A stretch of 64,000 nt of DNA from Octopus sinensis (taxonomy: Eukaryota). The translations under genes and the position numbers were made by a program. Position 1 is the first letter of the stretch; each line of letters opens with the position of its first letter. The notes beneath the pieces were generated by a model, which worked only from the letters and a program-made list of their open reading frames with translations, ran no database searches and was not told the origin of the DNA. The DNA is taken from contig NC_043006.1 in assembly GCF_006345805.1 (NCBI RefSeq), positions 88,350,001-88,414,000 on the forward strand. The letters run 5' to 3'. This document shows positions 12,955-24,147 of this stretch, piece by piece.

Positions 12955-13695
12955 ATATATATATATGTGTGTGTGTGTATATATATATATATACATGTAA
13001 GTATATATAAGTTTATAAGTATATATACACATGCTTATATATATATGTATATGTATATATGTATATGTGTATATATGCATATATGTGTGTATATATATGT
13101 ATATGTATGTATATATATATGTATATATATATATGTATATATATGAATATATATATGTACATATATGTGTCTATATATATGCATATATATATATGTATAT
13201 ATATATATGTGTGTGTATATATACATATGCATATATATGTGTATATATATATATAAGTAAATATATAGTATATATATATATGCATATATATATATATTAT
13301 ATATATATATTATATTATATATATATATATATTAATATATATATTATATATATATATATATATAATATATATATATATATTATGTATAAAATAGACATGT
13401 GTATGTGTGTACTCGCTTTTCACATTAAAATGGCTCCGCGAATTGCTTCCATACTTGGGATGGATGAATAACTTGACCTCGGATATGTAATAGGGTCTTC
13501 AGCTTTATTTTTTTAAACAGATGATATTGCATTATTTGTATGAGTCACTTCTCCAAAAAGATTTCTCAATGTCAACTTCACCACTAGCTGGTGATTATCA
13601 CACACTGAAGATGGGTAACTTAAATCAGCTTGTTCACTTTACTAAATTTATACTCGGGCCAAGCCAGAACAGCCCGAGTGCCGGAGTCGCCACTG

Positions 13696-13728
<33 letters not shown>

Positions 13729-14038
13729 ACACACACATATATATATATTATATATATATATAATATATATATATATATATTATATATATATATATATAAT
13801 ATACAAAATGGGACAAGAACGCAAAACATTCAAATAGACGATACAAAAAACACGAACGGGTCATTCGAAGCCTCTAATCTTCAGTCAAGAACCGGATCAT
13901 CCTCGCAATTTCGGCTGATGAATGCATGCGTATGTGGAGTGATGTATTTCTCTGGGATTTAAATGTTTCCTTTAAAGAATTTAAGCCGGTCCCTAAGAAG
14001 ATGGCAATTCGGAGTTTGTGTTTATCTCAATGGGTTGT

Positions 14039-14103
<65 letters not shown>

Positions 14104-14250
14104 TAGTCCTGTAGAAGCTCCTTCTATATAATAAATTAATTTTACTCTGCTATGTATTGAGTACCTTATTTACTGTGGTTAACCCCGAATCAACCCGAGA
14201 CCTACATATATATATATATATATAATATATATATATATATAATATATATA

Positions 14251-14289
<39 letters not shown>

Positions 14290-16992
14290 CGTTTGTATTG
14301 TGCATATGCTTACACGTGCAGATACGCTCGCACCTATGTATTAGGTGGCGTGTGATAAATAAAAATCTATAGCCTAGTTACTTTATTTTATCGGGAGCCG
14401 CTTTTCTCGTCTGTCGCCAAATCCCATGCACATCGCTATACATATGCATGTATATATATATAACACACGCACGCGCATATGTGCGTATATGTATGTATAT
14501 ATATGTATACATACTACATGATTGTTTATGTATATGTATATATGTATATGTTTGTATTTATGTATAAGTGAAATAGCTTTTCCTTCAGACACCTTGTTTT
14601 GAATATATGACTGTTCTAGATTTATGTCCGCTATCAATTATTTTTTCAAGTTAAAATTTGACCGTGTGACTTATACCTGGTCAGTTCAGGTGTTTTGTCT
14701 GCTTTCTGAGCTGCTGCATACTGTCTCTGTATTTATTTTAGCGTTCTGCTGCATTATGAATATGGCTTCCATGTTTAAGCAACTGCTTTATGTGTGGTTC
14801 TTTAGCGTATACATGTGTTGTTCACTAATGTTTTCTCATCTAGTTTGATGTAATGTATTGCGATTCTTTTCTGCTAAAATTGTGTGGTGAGCCTGCAAAA
14901 GATTGTCATCTTTATATGGCTAATATAACACTTAAAGTCAATAACGTTACAACTGTCTGGTTCATAGTCGTATTTATTGAACAATGTGATCGTGAGTGGG
15001 GAGTTTTTACGGTTTACATTGTTGGGGTTTCGTAGTTCATAAGATTTTGACTTAAACGTACTTGTGGGTTTTTGAGGTTCTTTTGTATTCAATATATCGT
15101 TTGTGTCATACACTTTATGCTAAGTTCGAGGGGTGGATTCTTTTCACAATGTATTTCTCAATTTCTTTTGTTAGTATGCATTTGATTGCTATAATACACT
15201 TCATGTACGACTTTTTAAAGTTAACTTTACAGATTCTCTATAGAAATTAGAGCCAGCTCTGGTTTGTGAAGATAACTTCAGAAAGTGATTTAATAGCACT
15301 GCTAACACAGATGAGGCTCAGTATTTACTAATAAGCCTTTAATATACTAGGTAATATATTATGGCTAACGAAATAAGGTGTCCTTACCAGCAATTAACTT
15401 TGTGTGTTATTTGATACCACGTGGAGTAAATAAGGAACTCCAATACATGCGTTTATCACTGTAAATATTTTATTCAGTTAATTTGGTGGTATTGTTAAAA
15501 CAGAAAGTTTCAGAAAACCAACCTGTCAAAGACTGGGTTCCAGTTGTTTGTGAATGATGTTTCAGATATCACAATGCCTCGTAAAATGAACAGTAAACAT
15601 CTCTCGCATAAAACTGCGTCCCAGAGCTATATAATACTACCCATATACATTGTTTCTGAAGGAAACAATGAATGTAGGTAGTATTTATCTGTTCCACTGT
15701 TTCGTTAATCTGGAGCTAGCGATGCTAAGACACCTTCATAAAACATGAGCAATTTGTTTACTTCATTAAAAAAAAAAATTGAGTGAACCAGATTAAGACA
15801 GATGTTCGACCTGAAAAGCTTTTACCTACGGTAAAATCTATAAATTTTCTTCTACGGTCTATGTACATAACACTAAACAAACTGTATTCAACCTTATGAA
15901 TTGAAATAGAATACTGTTATACACCAACATTTTTATTGACAAGACAATTGACTGATAAACTATAAAATGAAATGGAAGACATAAGTTATTATAAAGCGCA
16001 TATGTTCGTCCGAAAACTAACTAATAAACTATAGAAATATCAAAAACATTATTCTATTATAGTCACCATATTATCTGTAAGACGACTGACATAAATATGT
16101 AAAATGATGTTTAACAATAATATACGCATGACTGATATATGTTTAGAAGTTACAGTTCATCGAGGCAGCTGCTTTGTTTAGTTCTCTGGGACTGTGTAGT
16201 CAAGTGCAACCAAATGCATTTTCCTCTGTAGTAAAGCGCATTAAATTTTGATAAATGTATACCTGTGTATTCGTACAATAGCAGGATAATATTGTAGATA
16301 GATTGTATCCTTGATTTCGTTCTATAGTTAAGACTAATTAAAGTATTTGCTATGTATATTTCTTTTAACACATTTTTCAATAGTAACATGAAGAGAAACA
16401 GTGAGAGAACGAAATAAAAATACAAAGGAAAGATAAGAGAGGAAATATTCCAAATTTAACATATATTTGGAGTGCGAATACAAGAACGACGTTGTAGCAT
16501 ATTTCGTTCAACGCTGTTTCGTGGGACATTATTTAATTCTATCTTGACCAAGCTTTATACACATCAGCAAACATTCCGTTTGTTCTTTTAATAAGAATAA
16601 TCTCGTTCTTATTCTGTCTGTAAAAGACGGATATCGTTTTCGTAGCTAACAAAGCAGAACAATGCAGAAATGCATGCAGCTTTATGATCCAATGACGTCA
16701 TTTCCAGCTCCAAGAGTCTGTTTACATATATGTCTAAGTGGAAACTTTTCTCCCGGAGCTATTTCCGCAGTGAAAGGTCTTATAACATCCGAAAATGCTC
16801 GAACGTATTACATATGATTTTACACAAGAATATAGGTGTGTGTGTGTGTGTGTAAACTTCGCAAACTCTTCCTCAAGAGTTTCATATTGCCGTTCATTAT
16901 ACAGTCGTGTTCATTCAGAATTATTCTGGATACTGTCGTTTGTCCGATTAACAGTTACATGAATCTCTGAATAATAGTGCACTTTGTTTTCA

Positions 16993-17660
16993 TCTATATA
17001 TATATAACTCAACTTGTGTGTTTGTGTGTGTATCTGTGTGTGTGTCTGTGTGTTTAACTTCCCGGCACATCTCCTAGCCAATAAATCGTAGAACCACCAA
17101 AATGGGTCACTTAAAGTTTAGGCGAATGAAAATTGAACTGCACTATTTCTGTTTCGAAATTCATCTCGCAAGTGCAAAAATCGATAGTGTGTTTGTTTAG
17201 GCCTTATCCCATGCATTGAATAGTGAACTTTACTCAGTCAGCTGTTTGACGTGAACTGCGTTCGCCACGCGTGCAAGCATGCATAAATTGCATGAAAAAT
17301 GAAAAATCAAGATATAAAAACGAATCGCCGTAAACATTGTAGAAATTCGGCAAAGAAATGAATTTTCGGGATGTAGCCTGGAGGGTTTTTTCGTATTAAT
17401 CGTTTGGACTTTGTGAACACATAGCAATTGTTTTCATAATATTTTTAACGCTTTGAATTAAATGTGACCATTTTGCATTGAGTCTGCAGTTTGAATCACT
17501 TTAGCCAAATTTTAGCAGGCCGGATTTTTGATCATCACGATACATCGCCAGCAACTCCCTGAAACTCACCCCTCAAATCCCCGTTGAGAAATCTATATAT
17601 ATATAAAACTCAACTTGTGTGTCTGTGTGTGTCTCTGTGTGTGTGTGTTTAACTTTTGGA
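16993..17660 (+). mobile_element. Two tandem Helitron-like 5' ends (16993 and 17592)
   Basis: A|TCTATATATATA(TAA)AACTCAACTTGTGTG...GTGTTTAACTT occurs twice. No CTAG terminus found. Confidence 0.5.
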
Positions 17661-17705
17661 TCTACCAAGTTTCATTATTAAGGATGGAAAGTAGTGTGTA
17701 GTAAA

Positions 17706-18093
17706 TCTATATATATAAAGCTGAAGTTGTCTGTATGGGGCAGGTTTGGTAGCCTTCAACTAACACTATCTCCTTCGAGACCCTGCTGCGCAAGTTGACC
17801 AAAATTGAGAGTATGATAGAAGAAGGCTTTCTCTTCATTCTGTAGAAGATAAAATTCAAATCGGACCATGTTAACACCCAAAATTATTTACGTCAAAAAG
17901 GTGCTTTTTTTCTATGATAATCCCTATTTTTTACGATTTTTGACTGCTGTGTCACCATTTTTCGGTGTATTTCAACTGGAAAAATGTTCACTTGAAGAGA
18001 ATAACAAGTTGCATAATGCAAAATTTTTACTTTTCAAAAATTCCAATTCTAAAGGGTCGAAACAAACCCAAGCAACACCGGGTGATACTGCTA

Positions 18094-18094
<1 letters not shown>
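17706..18094 (+). mobile_element. Non-autonomous Helitron, complete
   Basis: 5' TC, 3' imperfect hairpin CCCAAGCAACACCGGG, then CTAG. Inserted between A17705 and T18095 with no TSD. Confidence 0.8.
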
Positions 18095-18129
<35 letters not shown>

Positions 18130-18257
18130 GAGTAGATGTGTTTATGAATACATTTCAATGTCTCTCTGTGTATATGCATGTTTAACTTTTTGTAGACACA
18201 CACAAACATTCAAATTTGTATATATGCATACATATATACATACATATATAATACATA

Positions 18258-18375
18258 TCTATATATATAAAACTGAGAATGCATGTCTGTTTGTCTGCGT
18301 GAATCCCTAAAACTTGAGAACTACACAACCAATTACATTCAAATTTTACACATGGCTTACTTAGGGTCCATGGGC
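18258..18375 (+). mobile_element. Helitron-like 5' end
   Basis: TCTATATATATAAAACTGAGAATG...GAATCCCTAAAACTTGAGAACTACACAAC. Same family as 33110-33229 on the minus strand. Confidence 0.6.
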
Positions 18376-18458
18376 TTAGGGTCGCTTGCTTTGAGCTCCG
18401 TAGGGATGACTGCTCACCGCCACCAGCCAACCGCTTCGCTTCACTTCACTTCACTTCA

Positions 18459-18695
18459 CTCAATGACGGTCTTTAATTGACCGTCATCGATGACAGATGA
18501 GCGCTCACTACGCTCACGACCTTCAAGGATCAGTTCTCCACTAAGAAATCGTTTAAATCATTTTCGAGCTAACCACTCACTGGTTAGTTCCTCGCCAAAT
18601 ATTTCGTTGCTATCACGAACAGTTTCAGCTGCTTTACGTCCTTTTTTGAAGTTGAATAGCAAAATTGCTTGAATATCGCGCTTTGACAGTTCCAT
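18459..18695 (-). pseudogene. mariner transposase N-terminal fragment
   Basis: MELSKRDIQAILLFNFKKGRKAAETVRDSNEIFGEE...*FKRFLSGELILEGRERSERSSVIDDGQLKTVIE. Confidence 0.8.
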
Positions 18696-18715
18696 TTCAG
18701 ATGATTGTAACAATG

Positions 18716-18830
18716 ATTTCTTTATTGCCCACAGGGGGCCAAACATAGAGGGACGGTACAAATGAGGGAGGTGTCGATGGCTTTTACACAGAGGTGAACA
18801 GTTAAAAATTTATATAGATTGAATGATAAA
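18716..18830 (-). mobile_element. Tx1-type 3' UTR end fragment
   Basis: Minus strand GTCCCTCTATGTTTGGCCCCCTGTGGGCAATAAAGAAA resembles the 3' end of the Tx1 at 54445. Confidence 0.5.
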
Positions 18831-19169
18831 CAAATGACAAGCAAAACAGATTGGGCTTCAGCTGCACAAGATCTCTTTGATTGTGTCAAGGAAAATGCAA
18901 ACGTTTTGTAAACGGTTATTATAGTCGACGAATTGTGTCTACGGCTATGACACCGAAACGAAGACTCAGTCTTTGCAATGGAAGACCTCCAACAAGATTT
19001 TAAGATATCGAGGATGCCTAAGTGAATGCAACGAGACAGCTACTCGCTGTCCCAAAAATGAGTGGCCTCAGAAAGGGACAACTTTGAAGGAAATTAAATG
19101 TGGTATCGATATGTGTTGCGGCTTTCTTTTTATAGCATCAGTCTCAATACTTTTAGATCAAACCTCGTA
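18830..19169 (+). mobile_element. mariner fragment with right TIR
   Basis: QDLFDCVKENANVL*TVIIVDE...YDTETKTQSLQWK. Ends ACTTTTAGATCAAACCTCG|TA. Confidence 0.7.
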
Positions 19170-19184
19170 TAGTATTATTTAGAC

Positions 19185-19734
19185 CACAGGTTCCCAACCG
19201 GTGTGCCACAACACCCAGTGGGTGCTGCGAAATATACATACGTATGTGGTATCATGATTGATCATTTAGAGTTAGAAATACATTTTGATACCATTTTAAC
19301 AATAAATAATATGGCCATCTTATATCCTGCCAAGATCGACTTTGCCTTTCATACTTTCGGAGTCGATAAATTAAGTACCAGTTGCGTACTGTGGTCGATC
19401 TAATCGACTGGTCCCCTCCCATAAAATTTCGGGCCTTATGCCTAGAGTATAAAAGAATATTGTCATCTTATATGTTGAATTGTTGTTTATTACATTTTTG
19501 TATTGTCATCTATTTTATGTTTATTATTTCAACATTGGTGAAATAAAGAAAAACCTTTTCTATCAATTCCAGGGACAGTTTTCTTACACAGATGTCATTA
19601 TCCAGGGACAAAGTTTTGTTATATTGATGTTGAATAAAAAACAACTGTCATATTAGATTTTCTATTAGGGGTACGATGGATTTCTGAAAGACTTGGCAAA
19701 GGTACCTCAGAGTAGAAAAGGTTGGGACACTGTG
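19185..19734. mobile_element. hAT-type MITE with 8-bp TSD, containing a nested SINE-B fragment
   Basis: TIRs CACAGGTTCCCAACC and GGTTGGGACACTGTG. TSD ATTTAGAC at 19177-19184 and 19735-19742. SINE-B core at ~19325-19455. Confidence 0.85.
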
Positions 19735-19995
19735 ATTTAGACTGTGCGTTTCATATTTTGTTTGGATTGAATACTTTCAAACAATAATGTCGGAATCATA
19801 TGTTTCGGAATATTTTATGAATTAGTTTGGTCTTAGAAACTGTAAACAATATAAAGTAGAAGTGGAATGTAGTGGGTTTATTCGATATTTACAGAAGGAG
19901 CATAAGGTTGAAAAGTCAACTGTTACAATTGAAAAACTCATTGGAAATAGCAATGAGCAAGAAACGGCAACTTGTGAGTAAACCTTATAATATAT

Positions 19996-20290
19996 AATAA
20001 ATCTCTGAACGAGATACAAACAGTAACTGTACGACAATATGATGTATACTTGACATCTCAATATGGCTAACCGCTGGAGACGATGTTCTCCTGGGGCTAC
20101 AAGCTACAGTAACACCCACCCTTAGCGGTTGAGATGGCAAGTATACATCATATTGTCGTGCAGTTACTGTTTATATCTCGTTCAGAGATTTATTATTGCT
20201 TGCATACAGTTTTTCGAGATCAGTGATGAAAAGTTACTGGAAAAACCATATAAGGATTTGCATTGGGACTCCCTTCATCGAAAACCGGTG
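19996..20290 (+). mobile_element. Retrozyme-like repeat, left part (80-bp inverted segment plus forward segment)
   Basis: 19996-20075 is the reverse complement of unit sequence seen at 24102-24133 and 20124-20194. 20073-20146 directly repeats 24051-24133. Outer TSD CTTATAATATAT at 19984-19995. Confidence 0.7.
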
Positions 20291-20523
20291 GTTTGTCACT
20301 CGTCTAGGGACCCCTCTTTCATCGGCGTATTGAGAAGTTAGTAGCCTATTTTGTTGAGTGAGTCCGTTTTTTGTTCATCGTTGTTTGTGTTTGCTCGTGA
20401 ATTTGAACAGTTGTCCGTTGTGTGACAGTAATTTTCGCCCTACGGGCTGAAAATTCTGTGTATAAACATTGTTATTACCTTCGGGGTAATTTTTCTGAAA
20501 AATTGGTTCTCATAATTTAAGAA

Positions 20524-21306
20524 ATGGAGTTCGACTTGGCGTCGAGGAGCGACTTTCCCGTGATGGGAAAAGGCGAACAGAAGGATATCGAGGTTAGAAA
20601 ACAGTCTTTTTCGGCCGCAGTGGGTGGAACCGTAACGGAAGTGGAATTCAAAATAGAACAGTTGTTCGAATACCGGAACTTGGTCAAAATGGAAGGCAAT
20701 GAAATAAAACTGGTACCGCCGCAAGCGATATTACAGGAAATAAAGGCCAAGACAGTCGTGTACAAGGTTTACAGTAACAAAGAGAAAAAAATAATGGACG
20801 TGAAGAACGAAATAGTAGAGAAGTGCTTGTCCCCGGTGTGGAGCAAAATTCGCTACGTCGGTCGAGGTGCTCGCAGCGCTACCGTTGAAGCACATTTCGA
20901 CTCGGCTGATGTGGCAAGAGAAATTTCATCAATGACCTTAAAAAATGAGGACATTATGTTACTACCTACCTATATGGGCAAAAGAACTGCGAAAATATAT
21001 GTGGAAGATATACCAAGAGGATATGATATGCACGACGTAGAGCAGAAAGTCTCAATTCTGCAGATGAAAAAGAAAGGGGAGGTAAACTGCAAGGAACAAG
21101 CGCTCGAACTCCTCGTTCAAGCAGAAAATAATGTGCTAGAAAACTTACCCGATAGGGTATTTATTGAAGAGGGAATTTCAATGAGAGTGTCAGTGGAGGG
21201 GCGCAGAACTAGGTGTTTCAAATGTGGGGAAAAGGGTCACATCCGCTCGAACTGCATAAAAAAAAAGAAAAACAGCGAAGCCTCTCCTCAAACGAGAAGG
21301 TATTAA
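20524..21306 (+). CDS. Tx1 ORF1 protein (C-terminally truncated)
   Basis: 260 aa with zinc knuckle RCFKCGEKGHIRSNC. Homologous to ORF1 of the 54-60 kb element (PQAILQEIKAKTVVYKV vs PQHIKQEIENKTVIYKI). Confidence 0.8.
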   Translation: MEFDLASRSDFPVMGKGEQKDIEVRKQSFSAAVGGTVTEVEFKIEQLFEYRNLVKMEGNEIKLVPPQAILQEIKAKTVVYKVYSNKEKKIMDVKNEIVEKCLSPVWSKIRYVGRGARSATVEAHFDSADVAREISSMTLKNEDIMLLPTYMGKRTAKIYVEDIPRGYDMHDVEQKVSILQMKKKGEVNCKEQALELLVQAENNVLENLPDRVFIEEGISMRVSVEGRRTRCFKCGEKGHIRSNCIKKKKNSEASPQTRRY

Positions 21307-21329
21307 GCCTCTCCTGGGAAACGAGAAGG

Positions 21330-23659
21330 TATTAACGTTGCCGGATGGGCCCGTCGAGTGGAGAGTCAGAGAGGTAACAAAGCTTCAATCAAGTCTTTAA
21401 CTGATGAACAGGGACACAAGATCTATGGACAGGAGGAGATGCAAAAGTTTCTTCACCAGCATTTCGCCCGCGCGTTCGGGGGGGGGGTCGCTGGAGCGGG
21501 GGAGGGCCTTAAACGACTTCCTAGCCGGCGGACCGCGGCTCTCGGGGCGTGAGGTGGAGTGCTGTGAAGGAGCGATCACTCTCGCGGAGATAGAGGGGGT
21601 ACTGGCCGGATGCGCCGGGGAGAAGTCGCCGGGGTTGGATGGTCTGCCCTACGAGTTTTATCAAAGTATGCCGGACTTGTTCGGGGGAATACTGGCAGGC
21701 GTCTACGCGAACTGGCAGCAGAACGGGAGAATTCCCAGTTCTGTAAGCCGGGGAGTGGTGACGCTAATCCATAAAGACCCGAGCAAGGGGGATAACATTA
21801 GTAATTACAGGCCCATAACTCTACTTAATGTAAAGTTAAGATTTTGGCCAAGGTGTTGGCAAAAAAGGTTGACGACTGTCATGGAGAAACTTGTAGGGAA
21901 AGCACAAACATGTGCAATTCCAGGCAGGTCGATCCAGGACAATCTTCACCTTATACGCTACACCTTAGATAGGGTGGGTAAATTAACCGACAAGGGCGGG
22001 GTAATGGTCCATTTAGACCAAAGTAAAGCGTTCGATAGGGTAGACCATAAGTACCTGGCGACGGTCCTCGAAGCGGCTGGACTGGGCCCTGAATTTCGCG
22101 GGTGGATCTCCGCTATGTATAGCGGCATCAAGTCCACCGTCCAGATAAACGGTTACCTAACGGAACCGTTTTCGATCGAATGTTCAGTTCGTCAAGGGTG
22201 CCCCTTGTCACCACTTTTGTACGTGTTGGCTCTCGAGCCATTGCTGCGAAAGTTGGAGAGGCTAGGAAGTAACCCGGATGAGATCGGAGGCGGGAGGACG
22301 GTTTCTGCTTATGCGGATGACGTCACCCTCATCGTGTCCAATGAGGCTCAGCTACCTTGTGTAGAAGATGCTATCAGAAGATACGAGGCGATGGCAGAAG
22401 CAAAAGTTAACAAGGACAAGTCGATTGGCTTACGCCTCGGCACCTGGAGGAGCAAGTCGATATCGTCCAGTGCCGTGGGACACTGGACAGATGGTCCTGT
22501 TAAGTTGTTAGGAGTTTGGTTTGGGCCAGACTCCCAAACGAAGAGGAATTGGAGTGAGGTGACGGACGAGGTGGAGGCCATAGTACGGACCTGGTCCGGA
22601 AGGTTTCTGTCCTTGAAAGGAAGGGCGGAGGTGGTACAGATGTTCATTGCATCTGTAATCACTTACCGCCGGACCGTTATCCCTTGCCCCGATTCATGGC
22701 TTAGCAAGTTGGAGCGAATCCTTTTCCGCTTTTTGTGGAAGGGAGGAAAGCCACTTGTGAGGCGCTCCGTTTGCTGCCAGGAACCGTTAAAGGGTGGGTT
22801 AGGAATGCCTTGGTTGATGATGCGCAGACATGCGTTGAGGCTGAAGCATCTCTGGCACCACCTGGAGGATGATAAGGTGTGGAGTCCGCTGGCAGGGGAA
22901 TTTTTCCCGAGACCGGCTTCCTTAGTGAATTTTAAACCCGGTTGCATCAAAAGACGAAATCTGACTTTATGGCAAAATGAGTGCCGACAGGCACTCACGC
23001 TGATCCACAAGGCGAGCAAGGCCGGCTGCGGAAATACCACCTCGGTATTTTATAGCAGGCTGGTAGAGGCAAAGAACGACGACGTCCTAGGAGGGGCTCT
23101 GGGGTTCGACGAAGACCAGCTTACCAACTTGTTTAAAAAGACTTTCAGGATGGGGTATTTGGATAATTTCCAAAGATCCCTGGCCTGGCAGTGTTATAGG
23201 AATGCTTTACCTGTTCGCGAGAAGTTATCGCGGCACGGAATTTCAGTGCCACCGACATGTCCAAGATGCGGGTTGGACGATGAAACCGTCCAGCACGCTT
23301 TTGTACACTGTTGGCAGTTGTCAGACTTGATAAGTTACGCAGAACACGTGTTATCGCATCTGGGACGAGTACAGCTGTCGGCTGAGTCTATGATTAAGAT
23401 GATACCGCCAACTGGACTCTCGAAGGAAGGTGAGGCATGTTTTCACTGCACGGTTGCAGTAGTAAAAGAATGCACGTGGCGTACAAAAATGGAAGGAGTC
23501 GCAATAGGATCCTTTGTCTCAGGCCCTGGCTTGCTCACTTACTTCAGATATCATCTGAAGAGCAAAATGGGGCTGGAAAAGAAGACCTTACCACGAGGTG
23601 TGTATAAAAAAAGATGGAAGGAAGTGGCGAAAAAGGTGGGTGTCAGAAACCCAGTTTAA
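21330..23659 (+). pseudogene. Tx1 ORF2 remnant: reverse transcriptase plus C-terminal CCHC
   Basis: KSPGLDGLPYEFY, YRPITLLN, LDQSKAFDRV, VRQGCPLSP, YADD, GGLG, CPRC...ETVQHAFVHC. Frameshift near 21480 and a short out-of-frame patch near 21835-21865. Confidence 0.9.
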
Positions 23660-23910
23660 CTATGGATGGAGAAGAGGAAAGGAAAGCTGCGGGGCCTTAT
23701 AGGTTGCCGGGGTTTAAAATATATCGGTAAGATTTCAATCTAATGTAATGTTATATTAGTTAATGCAAAGGACAATTTAAACACAGTGTTTTGTATAATG
23801 AATAATCCATATATTTTGGAAATTTTTAAACGAACCACTTAACTGTTTTTTGTATGTATGTCCTGTATTGTTCTTCTATGTACTGATTTTATAATCATAA
23901 TAAAGAATTA

Positions 23911-24135
23911 ATCGAAAACGGTGATTGACGCACGCTGAAGACAGATAAATACCTAGGAACTGCAGTCCGTGCGTATCACTTAGGTTGACGGGGGAGGGAT
24001 GACCTTCCTTTGCAAATACCATAAGGGCACAGAAAGTGTGCCGAAAGCAAGCTGGAGACGATGTTCTCCTGGGGCTTCAAGCTACAGTAACACCCACCCT
24101 TAGCGGTTATCCATATTGAGATGGCAAGTATACCT
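23911..24135 (+). mobile_element. Retrozyme-like repeat, right part
   Basis: Hammerhead motif, hairpins GGCACA-GAAAG-TGTGCC and GGAGA-CGATGT-TCTCC, then a direct repeat of 20073-20146. Outer TSD CTTATAATATAT at 24136-24147. Confidence 0.7.
23920..23980 (+). ncRNA. Type I hammerhead ribozyme-like motif (slightly degenerate)
   Basis: Stem I GGTGAT-(TG)-ACGCACG pairs with CGTGCGT-ATCACT. Core CTGAAGA at 23935-23941. Stem II CAG-ATAAATAC-CT(A)G. Then GAAC (canonical GAAAC), palindromic TGCA loop and GTC triplet ending at 23967. Confidence 0.7.
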
Positions 24136-24147
24136 CTTATAATATAT

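Larger units (their letters stand above)
20291..23910 (+). mobile_element. Tx1/L1-clade LINE, internally deleted (no APE endonuclease)
   Basis: ORF1 with CCHC knuckle, RT ORF, AATAAA at 23899-23904. Candidate TSD ATCGAAAAC(C)GGTG at 20277-20290 and 23911-23923. Confidence 0.9.

Noticed and set aside
13521-13614. Candidate exon with a good acceptor (TTTTTAAACAG)
   Set aside because: No recognisable protein or partner exons. An overlapping frame reads TDDIALF, suggesting decayed LINE RT.
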